64,000 nt of DNA from Lama guanicoe (taxonomy: Eukaryota): positions 744,001 through 808,000 of the forward strand of contig MU054391.1 of the NCBI GenBank assembly GCA_013239625.1, given 5' to 3'. Each line of letters starts with the position of its first letter. Within the stretch, counting starts at the first letter, position 1. This document shows, one piece after another, positions 13,542 to 23,900 of this stretch. Under the pieces are notes generated by a model that saw only the letters and a list, made by a program, of their open reading frames with translations, was not told the origin of the DNA and did no database searches. A program made the position numbers and the translations under genes.

Positions 13542-14516
13542 CTTTACCATAGTATGGCTTTTTGACGTGGCTGTCGCCTGCCTTCGGCTTCCTCTCCTCC
13601 CCGGGGAGCGGTCGTGGCGACTGGTCCTCGTAGGACCTCATGCTGTCCCGCCTTCCAGCCTCCAGCGCCATCTTCTCCCTCATGGCCTTGGCCCGCTCCG
13701 TCTCCAGAGCGATGGCCTTCTCCAGGAGGGTCAGGTTCCCCTTGGTCATGTCGAACACCTCCTCGGACCGGTCCGAGTTCACGGAGGCCGCGTCGTCGTC
13801 CCCGCCGCGGTACCCGTCCTCCCTGGCGCAGCTGGAGAAAGTTCTGGAGCGCGGGCTCAGCTGCTCCTCCAGCCGCATCAGGTTCACCATGTCGGAATAG
13901 CTGCGGTCGGGCGTCCGGCCCGGGAAGTCATCCTCCTGCCGGCCGAGCGGGCGGAGGCCGGGGTTGGGCGGCGCGGGCCGGTCCTGCGGGGCGGTCTCGC
14001 TCAGCTTGCGGGCCAGGTCGAAGCACTGGTTCCGCAGGCACTCCAGGCTGCTCAGACACGCCTCCTCGTCCCTCTCCTCCGCCAGCTTCTCGGCCAGCCC
14101 GCCGCCCGCCGGCTTGCCCAGCATCACGTAGTTGAGGCCGCGCGCGTCCGGCGGTGCCAGCGGGTCGGCGTAGGCCCGGTCGGCGGCGCTGTCCGCCAGC
14201 ACCACGCCGTGGCCCTGGGCCAGCAGCTTCAGGGAGTCCACGGTCTCGCGGACCACGTCGCTGTCCAGGTCCAGGCTGAGCTCGGCCTTCCGGCCCAGGC
14301 CCTCGGGCTTGTCGCCCTCGTCCTCCAGGCTGTGGGAGGTGCTGCTGTTCATCTCGGACTCGGTCCGGGCGCGGAAGGCGGCGTCCTCGGCGATCTTGCC
14401 CAGGTTCAGCAGGGACTTGGCCACCAGCTCGTCGTAGTTGTCGTACTCGTCATTGTCGTCATCCTTCCCCGCGTCCTGCGTGCCGCGAGGGTTGTGGCAG
14501 CTCCCCTGGCGGGCCT
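13542..14516 (-). CDS. MYT1L: MYT1L coding exon 5 (975 nt with the middle donor; alternative ends at 13548 and 13524), (E)ARQGSCHN...[19 protein letters not shown]...KKPYYGK
   Basis: TGTCTTTGCAG|AGGCCCGC...TACTATG|GTAAAG|GTAATA. ORF 13495..14736 contains MYT1L-typical blocks [21 protein letters not shown] and [23 protein letters not shown]. Confidence 0.96.
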
Positions 14517-14670
14517 CTGCAAAGACAATGAAAGACAAGGACAGAAAAGAGGGAAAGGTGGCTAGCACTCGAGGTGCGGCTGCTCCAGCGCTGACGGCAG
14601 CAGCCTGCCCGCCAAGCCCTGCTTGCCGCACGGCCGAACCCCCGGACCACCTGCGGGCGCGCTGACCGTG
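13600..14670. promoter_or_regulatory. Intragenic CpG-island-like region over the large coding exon
   Basis: Very high GC and dense CpG by eye (e.g. 13900-14400); not computed. Confidence 0.6.
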
Positions 14671-17600
14671 TGGACGTGAAGGAAACAGAACATCCTTGCT
14701 TGGACATCCTTGCCGTGAGCTATGCACTTTCTTCACGCACGTTCAAAGAAACCAGTACATACGGTAAATGCACCTTTAAATGTTAATTTTTCATTACGTC
14801 TAAAGTTTGAGAATTACTTTTCATTGGCTTTGTTTATGGGCAGCCCAACCAGATGCATAATAATGTGCTCAGCATACGACTAGGCTTTCTCAGCACTTGT
14901 GAACTTTACGTGTCGCGGGCTCTTAAGCAGATGGTCACAGCCATTGCTTTTAAATGATGCCCACAGCGATGTCCAGGCAGCGCAGGACAAAGCCGAGGTT
15001 CTTGGGGGTGGTGCAGGGAGGGGCGGCACTGGCTTTCTGTTCAGGAGTACGTGTCTGGGCTGAGAGCGGTTTTGAGTTTTCTACCTGAGAGATAACCTGT
15101 CAGGGTGCGCAGCGAAGCAACAGGAATGCCCTGGCAAACACTCAGAAATGAAACCTGTTAACTGTGATTTCTCAGACGCATCTCAGCAGGCTGAGAGAGA
15201 GGGCGGGGGAAGCTACGCGGTGACCGAAAGCCTGAAGAAACGGGACTGAGCGAGCTGGCGCAGCCACGGCCCACGGACAGCGTCTGTGACTGGCCGTCCA
15301 GCCCACAGCCGCGGGGGCATCTGGGGGAGCTGGTGGAAGTGACCTGGGAATCGGCTGTGATCAATCTCAGAAAAACTTAGGAAAACTCATTAAAAATTAG
15401 ACGAAACCTCTGCATTTCATCCGAGGCGCATTCTGTTTAACACTAAAGGAGTATCTGGAACATGCAAACACGCCTGGTCACTGCTGTGTGTCCTGCAAAA
15501 TGTACAAGTAATAAACGGACCCTCAAATGGACCCCCGCCTCAGGCTGGCTTTGCTTAACTGCCATCTTGGAATGCACTCTTTGTTCTATGAGTAAACAAG
15601 CCAGAGTAAGAGGAATTTCTAAGGCTTATTAATGAGGAAAGGAAGCACCATGATTCGCAGACACCAGCTGACTTGGAGCTATGTCAGGTGCCTCAGTGTT
15701 GCCCTTATGGGTTTTGTGCTGCCTCCTCAGAAAAAGCTTTTGCTGGTGAAACAGGTTTGGATACGCCCCTATCAACACAGGTCAGCAGCAGGAACAGCGC
15801 CCTTGCTGGCCGCACCCCGCGTCAGCACGTGCGAAACCTAACGCAGCTCCCTGAGCACCCGCAGATCAGATTTGCGTCTCTCGGTCAGAGAGCATCACTC
15901 ACTGTACGAACACGTACTGTCTCGCTCCTGGATAATTGCTGTGAGTCAGATTCCTTGGTGTAAAGACACACGTTTTCCCAAAGAGCAGCAGGAGGAAGGA
16001 AGACAAAGCCAGCGAACGCACCAGAAACCCCCCAGACGCACACATGCGCCCCGGGGCCAGCTGTTGAGACTCGGCGGCAACCCTGTTCTCAGTCCTGTCC
16101 TCATGAATCTTTGAAAATTAACTTATGTTCTCCTCTCAGTTCACACACTTTGCTTTTTACGTTCGAGGGCTGATGAGAGAAGCAGCCTCTGGGTAGCCAG
16201 GCTACGTTACCTCCGCACTAAACTGGAGTTTTGAGAGCCAGCACCCCCGCACCTGTCAAGAACCAACCGCAAGATGAATCTACAAGTCACGGTTTGAAAT
16301 GAGACAGAACATGTGACGTTGGGAAAAATTCTGAGAGTTGAGTCAGAGAAGAAACCAGAGTCAGGTGAGAGGCACCCGTTTCACGACTTCCTCTTAACTG
16401 TCTTGGGAGATGCGTCTTGTCCCCCCAGGAGCTCGGAGGAGGGGGGGGTCAGTGGGAGAAAGACCCAGAGCCACGGTTTAGGGGACCCTCCTTCTCCTGC
16501 CAAACCTGGTGTCCGTGTGACGCGTTAATTCTTCCGATTTGGAATCTCAGGATCATCTTTCATCCGTTTGCCCCAAACAGGAAGCGGGTTTTGCTGTGAC
16601 TCTGAGCCTCCCAGGGGCCCCGCACGGCCCTCAGCGTCACACAGGAAAGGGACGCGTCTCACTTGTGCAACAATCAGACACCTGCTTGCCTCCCCGCTCC
16701 ACCTGTAAACTGCTTCCCCCGAAGGAGGGAAAACAAAGGCTCACACAGCCTCCCCACCGCAGAGAGCAAGCTGAGAGGGGGTTCCCTCCTGAAAGCCCCG
16801 AGCCCGCAGGCCGCCCCGGCATAGCGCCGGCGCAGGGTTCTGCACACTGCTGTGGCCACGCGGGGTGAAAATGGAAACAGAAGTGACGCCGCCTGGTCCG
16901 GGCTGCGCCTTTGCTGCTCGCTGGCCGCGTGATGCTGGGGACCCCGGCCTGGCCCCTCTGGGGAGCTGGGACCGGAGTCACAGGAAAACGGCGCCCGTAG
17001 AGACCCCCACAGTGAGGGCGCTCTGCACACCTGTGGTGGGTCTCACCGGAACCAGCCTACTTGTAGGAGGAATCTGAACATCACCGGAAGGTGGATTAGC
17101 GTCTGACCGAGCAGGGCCTACTCTGCCCCTGGGTGACCAGTGCAGCAGTCCATTCTGATGTGGAAAAGGATGGAAATTAGGAATACCCTGGAGGGGTTCA
17201 CAGCCCCAGCTTCCTGGAGAGCGCGAGGGACAGTGGGCAGGAAGGCAGGACCGTAGGGGACACCAGGCATGAGGTGACACGGAGAGGACAGTGGGACCGA
17301 CCGGAGGACCGACTGACCACCTCACTGTTCCACTGACACTGACCCGCCGATTACATGTAAAGTGCGCAGCTGCGTCCCTGACACCAGACAGGGCAGGTGT
17401 GGCCCGAGGCGCCAGGCACAGGCAGGTGCCCAAAACCGTGCTCACGCCACGGCGGCCTCAAGAGGTGCCCAGAACTGTTTCCACGGACTGATAAAGTGCC
17501 TAACATCTCTGCTAAAAGTGGCTTAAGGTGCACGGCTGCTCTCTGGAGTAAGACTTCCCTATTGACTGCGAGAAAGTGCTTCGAATTAGCTGTTACTGTT

Positions 17601-18889
17601 TTCTAATTAAGGGGAGCAGAGACCCTGCAGGGCAGTGGTAATCTCCCAGCGCTGCGGGAAGGGGCTGGGGCCCCTGCGCCGTCGTGAGACTCTGGACTTG
17701 ACACTCCAGCCGGCCAGTGTCACCGTCGTGCGGGTGGTCCTGTCCGCATGTGCCCTGTCCGTGGACAGCCGGGCCTCGCAGCAGGTCCTGCTCTCAGGAA
17801 GCACCCCCGCAGGCTGGCCTGGCGCTCTGCCCAGCTGCCCTGCTGTGCCGTCTCCGGGCGGGGCGGCCCACCGCTCAGGTTTGGAACAGCAGACGGACAG
17901 CCTCTCCAGGGCCTTTCCTTCGCCGCCAGTGCCACCCACACCCCGGCCTCCCATCTCTGTGGCTTCACATCAGACAGCAGGCTCTTTGGTCTCATTGGTG
18001 CTAATCCCTGCGGAGACGATTCTGGTGAATTACGGGCAACCACCCAAATACGCTTCCAGCCCCTTTTCTCTGAGCTGTGTGCTGTGTTGTCCGTGGCCAC
18101 TGGTGGGCTCTGGTCTCATTGCCACACAGCCTGTGCTCTGAGCAGCTCGCCCGCTTCCCCACCGAAGGAGTGGGTTTACTGGACTTGGATTCGCTGGTAC
18201 TATGGAATCTGCTGCTGTCTTTGCATCCATCTTTGTAAACCACCCCATTCCGTGCAGCAGGAGCAAATGCTTCCCTCCGGCCCAGTGAGGAGCGCGCCGT
18301 GTCCCCACTGCCCGCAGACTCAGGGAGGCCCCACACCCTGGGCTCGGCCTCCCGTCACAGACCCGCCAGGGCTCTCCACCGAGTCCGGCATATCTGAAAG
18401 GCTTCTGATCTGCGCTCCTGTCCTTGCCTGAAGGCCCTCCTCAGCCCACGTGAACCAGGCAGGACAGAGACCCCCTGCACTGCCGAGCCCCAGCCTGCCC
18501 TGGTGTCCCGCGTCTCAGGTGAGGGTGACCCGAGACGTGCAGACCAAGGCTGGGGTCGGGGCAGCTGGTCCAGCTGAAGCCGCGTAGCTCTCACGCAGCA
18601 AACTGAGGCCTCTGGGTTCCACGCCTCTTATTCACCTGGGTCAAACACTGGCGTTTCTGGACACCCTCCTCAAACTGCGCAAGCAAACACTTTGGAGAGG
18701 ACAACATCAATCACCAGACCCCAGAGGGGTGTTCTGTCATGATTTTGCTTAGGCCAGTTCTGCAGGGCCAGGGGACCACGAACAGGATGTTGCTGTGTAT
18801 TCCCTTAACAACTCTTTATCCAGCCCTGTTTGGAGCAAAACGCCGAACCAGAGAGGCAGCATGTGGGCAGTCACGGAAGTCACCTTGCA

Positions 18890-19100
18890 GTCGGCGAGAG
18901 AGAAACAGGCAGAAAATAAACACAAACTGTGATGTCGGAGTGACCTGCGCTGTGACGGAAGACGAGGCAGAATTAGGGGACGGGAGGAGAGCCGGGCAAG
19001 CCTCGCTGGGAGGGTGGCCTTGGAACAGAGACTTGAGGAGATGCAGGGCCCCTCCAGGAGGGGAGGCCGCGGGGGAGAGGCTGGTGCGATGGAGGACGGT
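18890..19100 (-). mobile_element. Diverged LINE-2 fragment
   Basis: aagcctcgctgggagggtggccttggaacagagacttgaggagatg resembles the reversed L2 3' region motif. Confidence 0.35.
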
Positions 19101-19112
19101 ATTTTCAGCATT

Positions 19113-19207
19113 TGCACTTTTAATTAATTTAAATTAAATTTAGATTCAGTGAATTTATATTTAAACGACCACGTTCAGCTGGGGGCTGCCAGGTTAGCCA
19201 GCCCAGG
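19113..19207. mobile_element. Degraded MER3/MER33-like fragment
   Basis: AT-rich ttaattaatttaaattaaattt followed by ttaaacgaccacgttcagctgggggctgcc, resembling the MER3/33 terminus. Confidence 0.4.
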
Positions 19208-19249
19208 GTCAGCGCATGGAGGTCCAGTAGGAGCTGAACTCCGATTGTG

Positions 19250-19340
19250 ACTTCTATAACTTCTATAACATACATATATGTTATATGCACATATATATAC
19301 ACACACACAACATATATATGTGTGTATATATATAATTTAC
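19250..19340. repeat. Degenerate (TA)n/(CA)n low-complexity tract
   Basis: acttctataacttctataac, then catatatatg/tatatacacacac/gtgtatatatata. Confidence 0.8.
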
Positions 19341-20249
19341 ATGTGGATTTAAGTAACAGATTTTACATAAACCACCTACCACCAGACCACTGCACAAGCG
19401 AGGAACAGCTCCATGACATCCTCGGTCCTGTGGCAGGACCACAGGACCGAGGCGCTGGGCCCCGCTTTGGAGTGTGACACTCTGGCCCGAGCCCTCATCT
19501 GGCCCTGAGACGGGGGCAGGGCTTGTCCTCCTGACTCCCCGGGAGCCACAGCTCCGCCTTCTCCCAGGGGCACATCTGCCGTGCAGGACGGAGGCCTGCA
19601 CGCCTGCTGCGTCAGTGCCAGAGGAAGCCCCGGCTTTCTGGGTGGCGGAGGAGGGTCACCCTTGTCTGCCCGGAGCCCGAGAGCGTCTGTTGTGCGACCC
19701 TCCCTCTCACCTGCCGTCGGCACAGGTGGGCACCGCAGTCAGCCTCCCGGGACCCCGAGCTGGAGGTGTGGGGGCGTGGGCGCCCCCCAGTGGGGGCAGA
19801 GGCACACACTACAATCACGACAAAATGCCTGAGAGGATTGGCTGACTGAGTCTAGAGGCTGTCCATTTCACAAGCTGAAACACACTTTAAAAGCTTCCTT
19901 TAAGCTCAATGAGATAAACAGCAGGAGAAAACAGCAATTTTCTCACAGGGTCCAAGCTGCATAACTTTCACGTAGAACTTGTAAATTTTCTTTCTTTCTT
20001 AAAGTTTTTACTCTCTAGGGATCTGAATTAAAGGAATGTGAATGAATAAAGTTCCGTTTATTCATTAAGTTTTGAGGACCTTTCTACTTGATGACATTTT
20101 AGGTTTGTGGCTTGAGTTTGGGGATTTGAACGACAGTCTTCCTCCCACCCAGACAGGAGCCATTTGAGGCCAACAGTTTCCCGGCGGAGATGGACTGAGA
20201 CACACTAACTAACTGCACATGGCTCCGTACCAGCACAAATACCCGCCAA

Positions 20250-20500
20250 AGCGCACAAGCACACACGCACCCCCCCCACGCACACATACACCCCCATGCA
20301 CACAAGCACACGCGTGCACACCCCATGCACACAAGCACACGCGCGCACACCCCAGGCACACAAGCACACGCGTGCACACCCCAGGCACACAAGCACACGC
20401 GTGCACACCCCAGGCACACAAGCACACGCGTGCACACACCATGCACAAAAGCACATGCGTGCACACCTCCACACACAGCACACGCACACAGGCACACGCA
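20250..20500. repeat. 29-bp CA-rich minisatellite (CACAAGCACACGCGTGCACACCCCAGGCA), about 5 good copies plus degenerate flanks
   Basis: cacaagc recurs at 20301, 20330, 20359, 20388 and 20417 (period 29). Confidence 0.9.
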
Positions 20501-23500
20501 GCTCAGCAACTTCCAAGCTAACTGGAGGCCCTCGAACTTCTCTCCGCAGCAGAGTAAGGCTTTCTCTGTTGCTGCAGATGCTGTCAATCAGGGAGCGGAA
20601 AAGAGTCTGTGGAGACTCTGGTCCTTCCGTCTCACAGGACAGCTTGATACAAAGTGGCTGATCCAACGAGAGGAGCCTGGGAGGACTCGGGCTCTGTTCT
20701 CTTCAGCCGAATTCAATCCCCCTCAGACAGGTAAGACCTTCCAGAAACACTGCAACTTTCTATGGTAACTTACAGCTCAACCAATCTTCAGTATCTGGAA
20801 AACTTTATTCTTGTTTTCGACTCAAATCTTTAAAGCCTCCAATCTCAGCTTACGGCTTCTAACTCTGCACTGTGGAAAGGACCACAATGTATGTATTTTC
20901 ATGCACACACTCCTCTTTCATACTGTTTGCATCTCTTTGGGGCAAAAGTTGATGTCTGCTGAGTTTCTGTGTCTGCAGGGAACCCTGCACGCTTCTGATG
21001 TAGAAAATACTTTCCCTCGTTGAAAATGAGCTGTCTCCAGGTTCGGACCCTTTTAAATGAATGCAGCCTTACGTACATAATGCACTTGCTGTGCCTCACC
21101 GTGGATCTGGGGTTCGGAATTACAGAAGAGCTTGAGCCAGTGCCTTGGGGGGAGTGCCAGGCAAAAGCCCTCCTGAGTGACAGCTGCTGCACGGCAGCCC
21201 TGAGCTGCGCTCCTTCCTCTCTGGGAGCTCCTCTCTGGGAGCTCCTCTGTGCTGCACCTGCTTTAAGCTGGGAAACCAGACAGGAGGTGGACGAGGGGCA
21301 AGTATTACCATCCTGACCCTTGGACGCCAAGCTGAAGTGCAGGGAGAGCAAGCAGTCCCCCAGGCTGGGGTGCAGCCGAAGCCCGCAGCCACACCTGCCC
21401 GGCCTGGGTCCCCCTCGCGGCCAGACTGGCACTGGGAATAAAAATGTGATTAAGACAAGGAAAGAAGCCAGTGATCCCTGCAAGTGGACTTTAAAAACAA
21501 ATTGAGTAAAAATGTGTTAGAGCTTTTCTCTCACATCTTTTATTTCTCATTATTATGAAGAAGCAAATTTTCCCCACACTTCATGTGTGTTGCTTGCCTC
21601 TCAAATGTACGTGGCTTTACCTTGCCAGCAAGTTTTCTGGTTTGTATTGAAGCGTCTGAAAATTCATGAAATAAAAGATATGATTATATTTTATAATTGT
21701 GCAAAATTAGCATGCATGAAGAAAGTTTAATTTTTATCACGGACCGCTACCTAGAAATGCCGAATTCTGCCCTTACTCATTTCTGAGTGGTAGAGGCACA
21801 CACCTCAGGGGGTTCAAATACTAAACGTCCTAAAATAACACGTTCATGGACCGAGTGAGAGATAAACAGCCGGCATGCTTTCTCTCACAACCGCGTGCAG
21901 CTGAAGCCCTGCACACCGCGCACGTCTTTGTCTCTGTGCCGGGCTCGGAGCGCGGTGCTTTTGCTGCTGACTGCAGTGGAAGGCCAGCGGGCTGACTCTG
22001 ATTTCCGCAGTCTGTCTGCGTCTCAGCTCGCGTCCCTCATCAGGGGCATTTCCTGAGGACGACGTAAGAGGGTGACTGACTAATCAGGGTGATCACTGCG
22101 TCCGGAGAGGAGTCCGCGCAGCGCAGAGCCACGGTGCAGACCCCTCTCCTCATTCTGTCCTTGTCTTAGGAAAATCCAAGCCCCCCACTGCAAATGGTCA
22201 GGATGCTTAAACAGCGTGGTGCCGAGGGCATCACTGAGTGTGAAAGAAAAAACACCCTGGGAACTTTGTGATTTAAAAAAAAATGGTTTCTGTGGAGAAT
22301 CTGTACCGTCTTGAGCTCCCCTCAAAGAAAGCTGAGTGCCTCAGAGAAGCTCGGTTATGGGCGGGCCCCTTCTTGGTAGGGAGGGTTGAGCAGAGCCCGG
22401 AGTCAGGGAGGGACGGGCACCACCCACCCGCACCACGGAGGGGTCCACAGGTGGGAGAGGGGACGGGAGCTCTGACCTGGGCCCAGCAGGCTGCACCCCG
22501 CCCGACACCTGTCACTCTGCCTCTGCAGGGGCAGCTGGCGCGGCCCCACAGCAGCCCTGCCGGACGGGAAGCTCACGTCTTCCCTCAGACCACCCCGTCC
22601 TCCGCAGAGTGGACTTCCACAGCTGCCCCCCACACCTCTGACTGATTCACGTGAAGCCAGAGAACCTTCAGGAAAGGAAGCCTTTCACACTCAACCATTT
22701 AATTTAATCCAACAATCAAGTGAATTGTCTTCAAAGTCAAATTGTCAAGAAAGTCCCAAGATTCAGTAAAGAGCAGCAAAGAAAGGACTTCACATTTTTG
22801 CAAATGCGTCTCAGAACCAGGATATAGTAGGAAAGTGTTCTCACTGACCACTACGCACAAAACAGACAGACAGTGAGGTCCCGCTGTGTAGTGAGTGCAG
22901 CTCTGTTCAGCGCCTCGTAGCAGCCTGCAATGGAAAGGAACATGTGTGTGCACCTGAGTCACTGCGCTGTCCACCAGAAAGTGACCCCACGCAGTGAACT
23001 GACTCACTTCAGTTAAAGAGAAGAAGCCGTTCTGTGTTAGAGACGGCAGTGAACGCGAACGCTCCCTCTCGTCTGGACGGCAAGTTGCCAGATTCCTCCT
23101 CATGGGACTTCTTCCTTGTCTGTGGGCAGCGGTACTGTATACGTGTAAAGAGACAGACACACACTTATCTACCCACACGGAAGCGTGTGCTTCTATTATT
23201 TGAAGACGTGTTCCTTCTCGTGGGCTACAGCATGAACCTGAGCCAGAAACTATTAGGCATTAAGTAACATTTGATCCGGATTTCTCAAACCACACGAATC
23301 TGAAAAGATACTATTCCACGTACACAATCTGCCATCAGAAAAACCTGTGCCCCCTGAGTACTAAGCTTCTCAGCTTCAGGATGACAAGGGAACGCTTACG
23401 GACTAGTTACAGACCATTCCATGCATCTTGAAAATAAAACCATGCAAAGGACCAGCCTGTGACAGGTCGACGGGACAAAATCGGATTTTGATAAATTAAT

Positions 23501-23624
23501 TATGAATTTAATGTAATCTGAAACGAATTGCTCAGATATTTTCCTCTGGTGTTGAAAAGAGCAGAAAGTGACACAAAGAGCACGAACTCTGTGGTGCGAA
23601 AACCACCAGCGGAGCTCCACCACA

Positions 23625-23900
23625 CATCTGCTACTTACTGAAAATCATCTACTCTTTCTGAGCCTCAGTTTTTTTTTAAATTTTTTTTTCCCCTTAACAG
23701 AGGCACTGGGGGTTGAACCTGGTCTCATGCACGCCAAGCATGTGCTCTACCACTGAGCTACAGGCCCACCCCCTGAGCCTCAGTTTCTAACTAGTGCAAT
23801 GGGAGTGAAATCGTTTTTACCCGCCTGCCTTACACAACTGGCCTGAAGAGCAAGCGTAGGGCTGGACGTCGCTGTGCTTGTCGGAAATGTGCACTATTAG
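23625..23900 (+). mobile_element. MIR fragment interrupted by the vic-1-like SINE
   Basis: ctacttactg...tctgagcctcagtttct...gcaatgggagtgaaa resembles the MIR core once the SINE and one TSD copy are removed. Confidence 0.5.
23672..23772 (-). mobile_element. tRNA-derived SINE (camelid vic-1-like) with A-rich tail and 14-bp TSD, inserted in a MIR
   Basis: Minus strand GGGGTGGGCCTGTAGCTCAGTGGTAGAGC...GGTTCAACCCCCAG (Pol III A and B boxes) plus A tail. TSD ctgagcctcagttt at 23658-23671 and 23773-23786. Confidence 0.85.

Noticed and set aside
13567-14565. 332-aa antisense ORF over the large exon
   Set aside because: Expected shadow of a GC3-saturated coding exon, which depletes stops on the opposite strand.
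15264-15284. REST/RE1 site (CCACGGACAGCG); similar half sites at about 39612, 22965 and 14187
   Set aside because: Only the right half matches; the TTCAGCA left half is missing.
20099-20768. Cys/Val- and His/Thr-rich ORFs
   Set aside because: Translations of the 29-bp CA-rich repeat.
23700-23772. tRNA gene (also 26590-26667)
   Set aside because: The tRNA-like head is degenerate and followed by an A-rich tail, with a TSD in the first copy, so these are SINEs.
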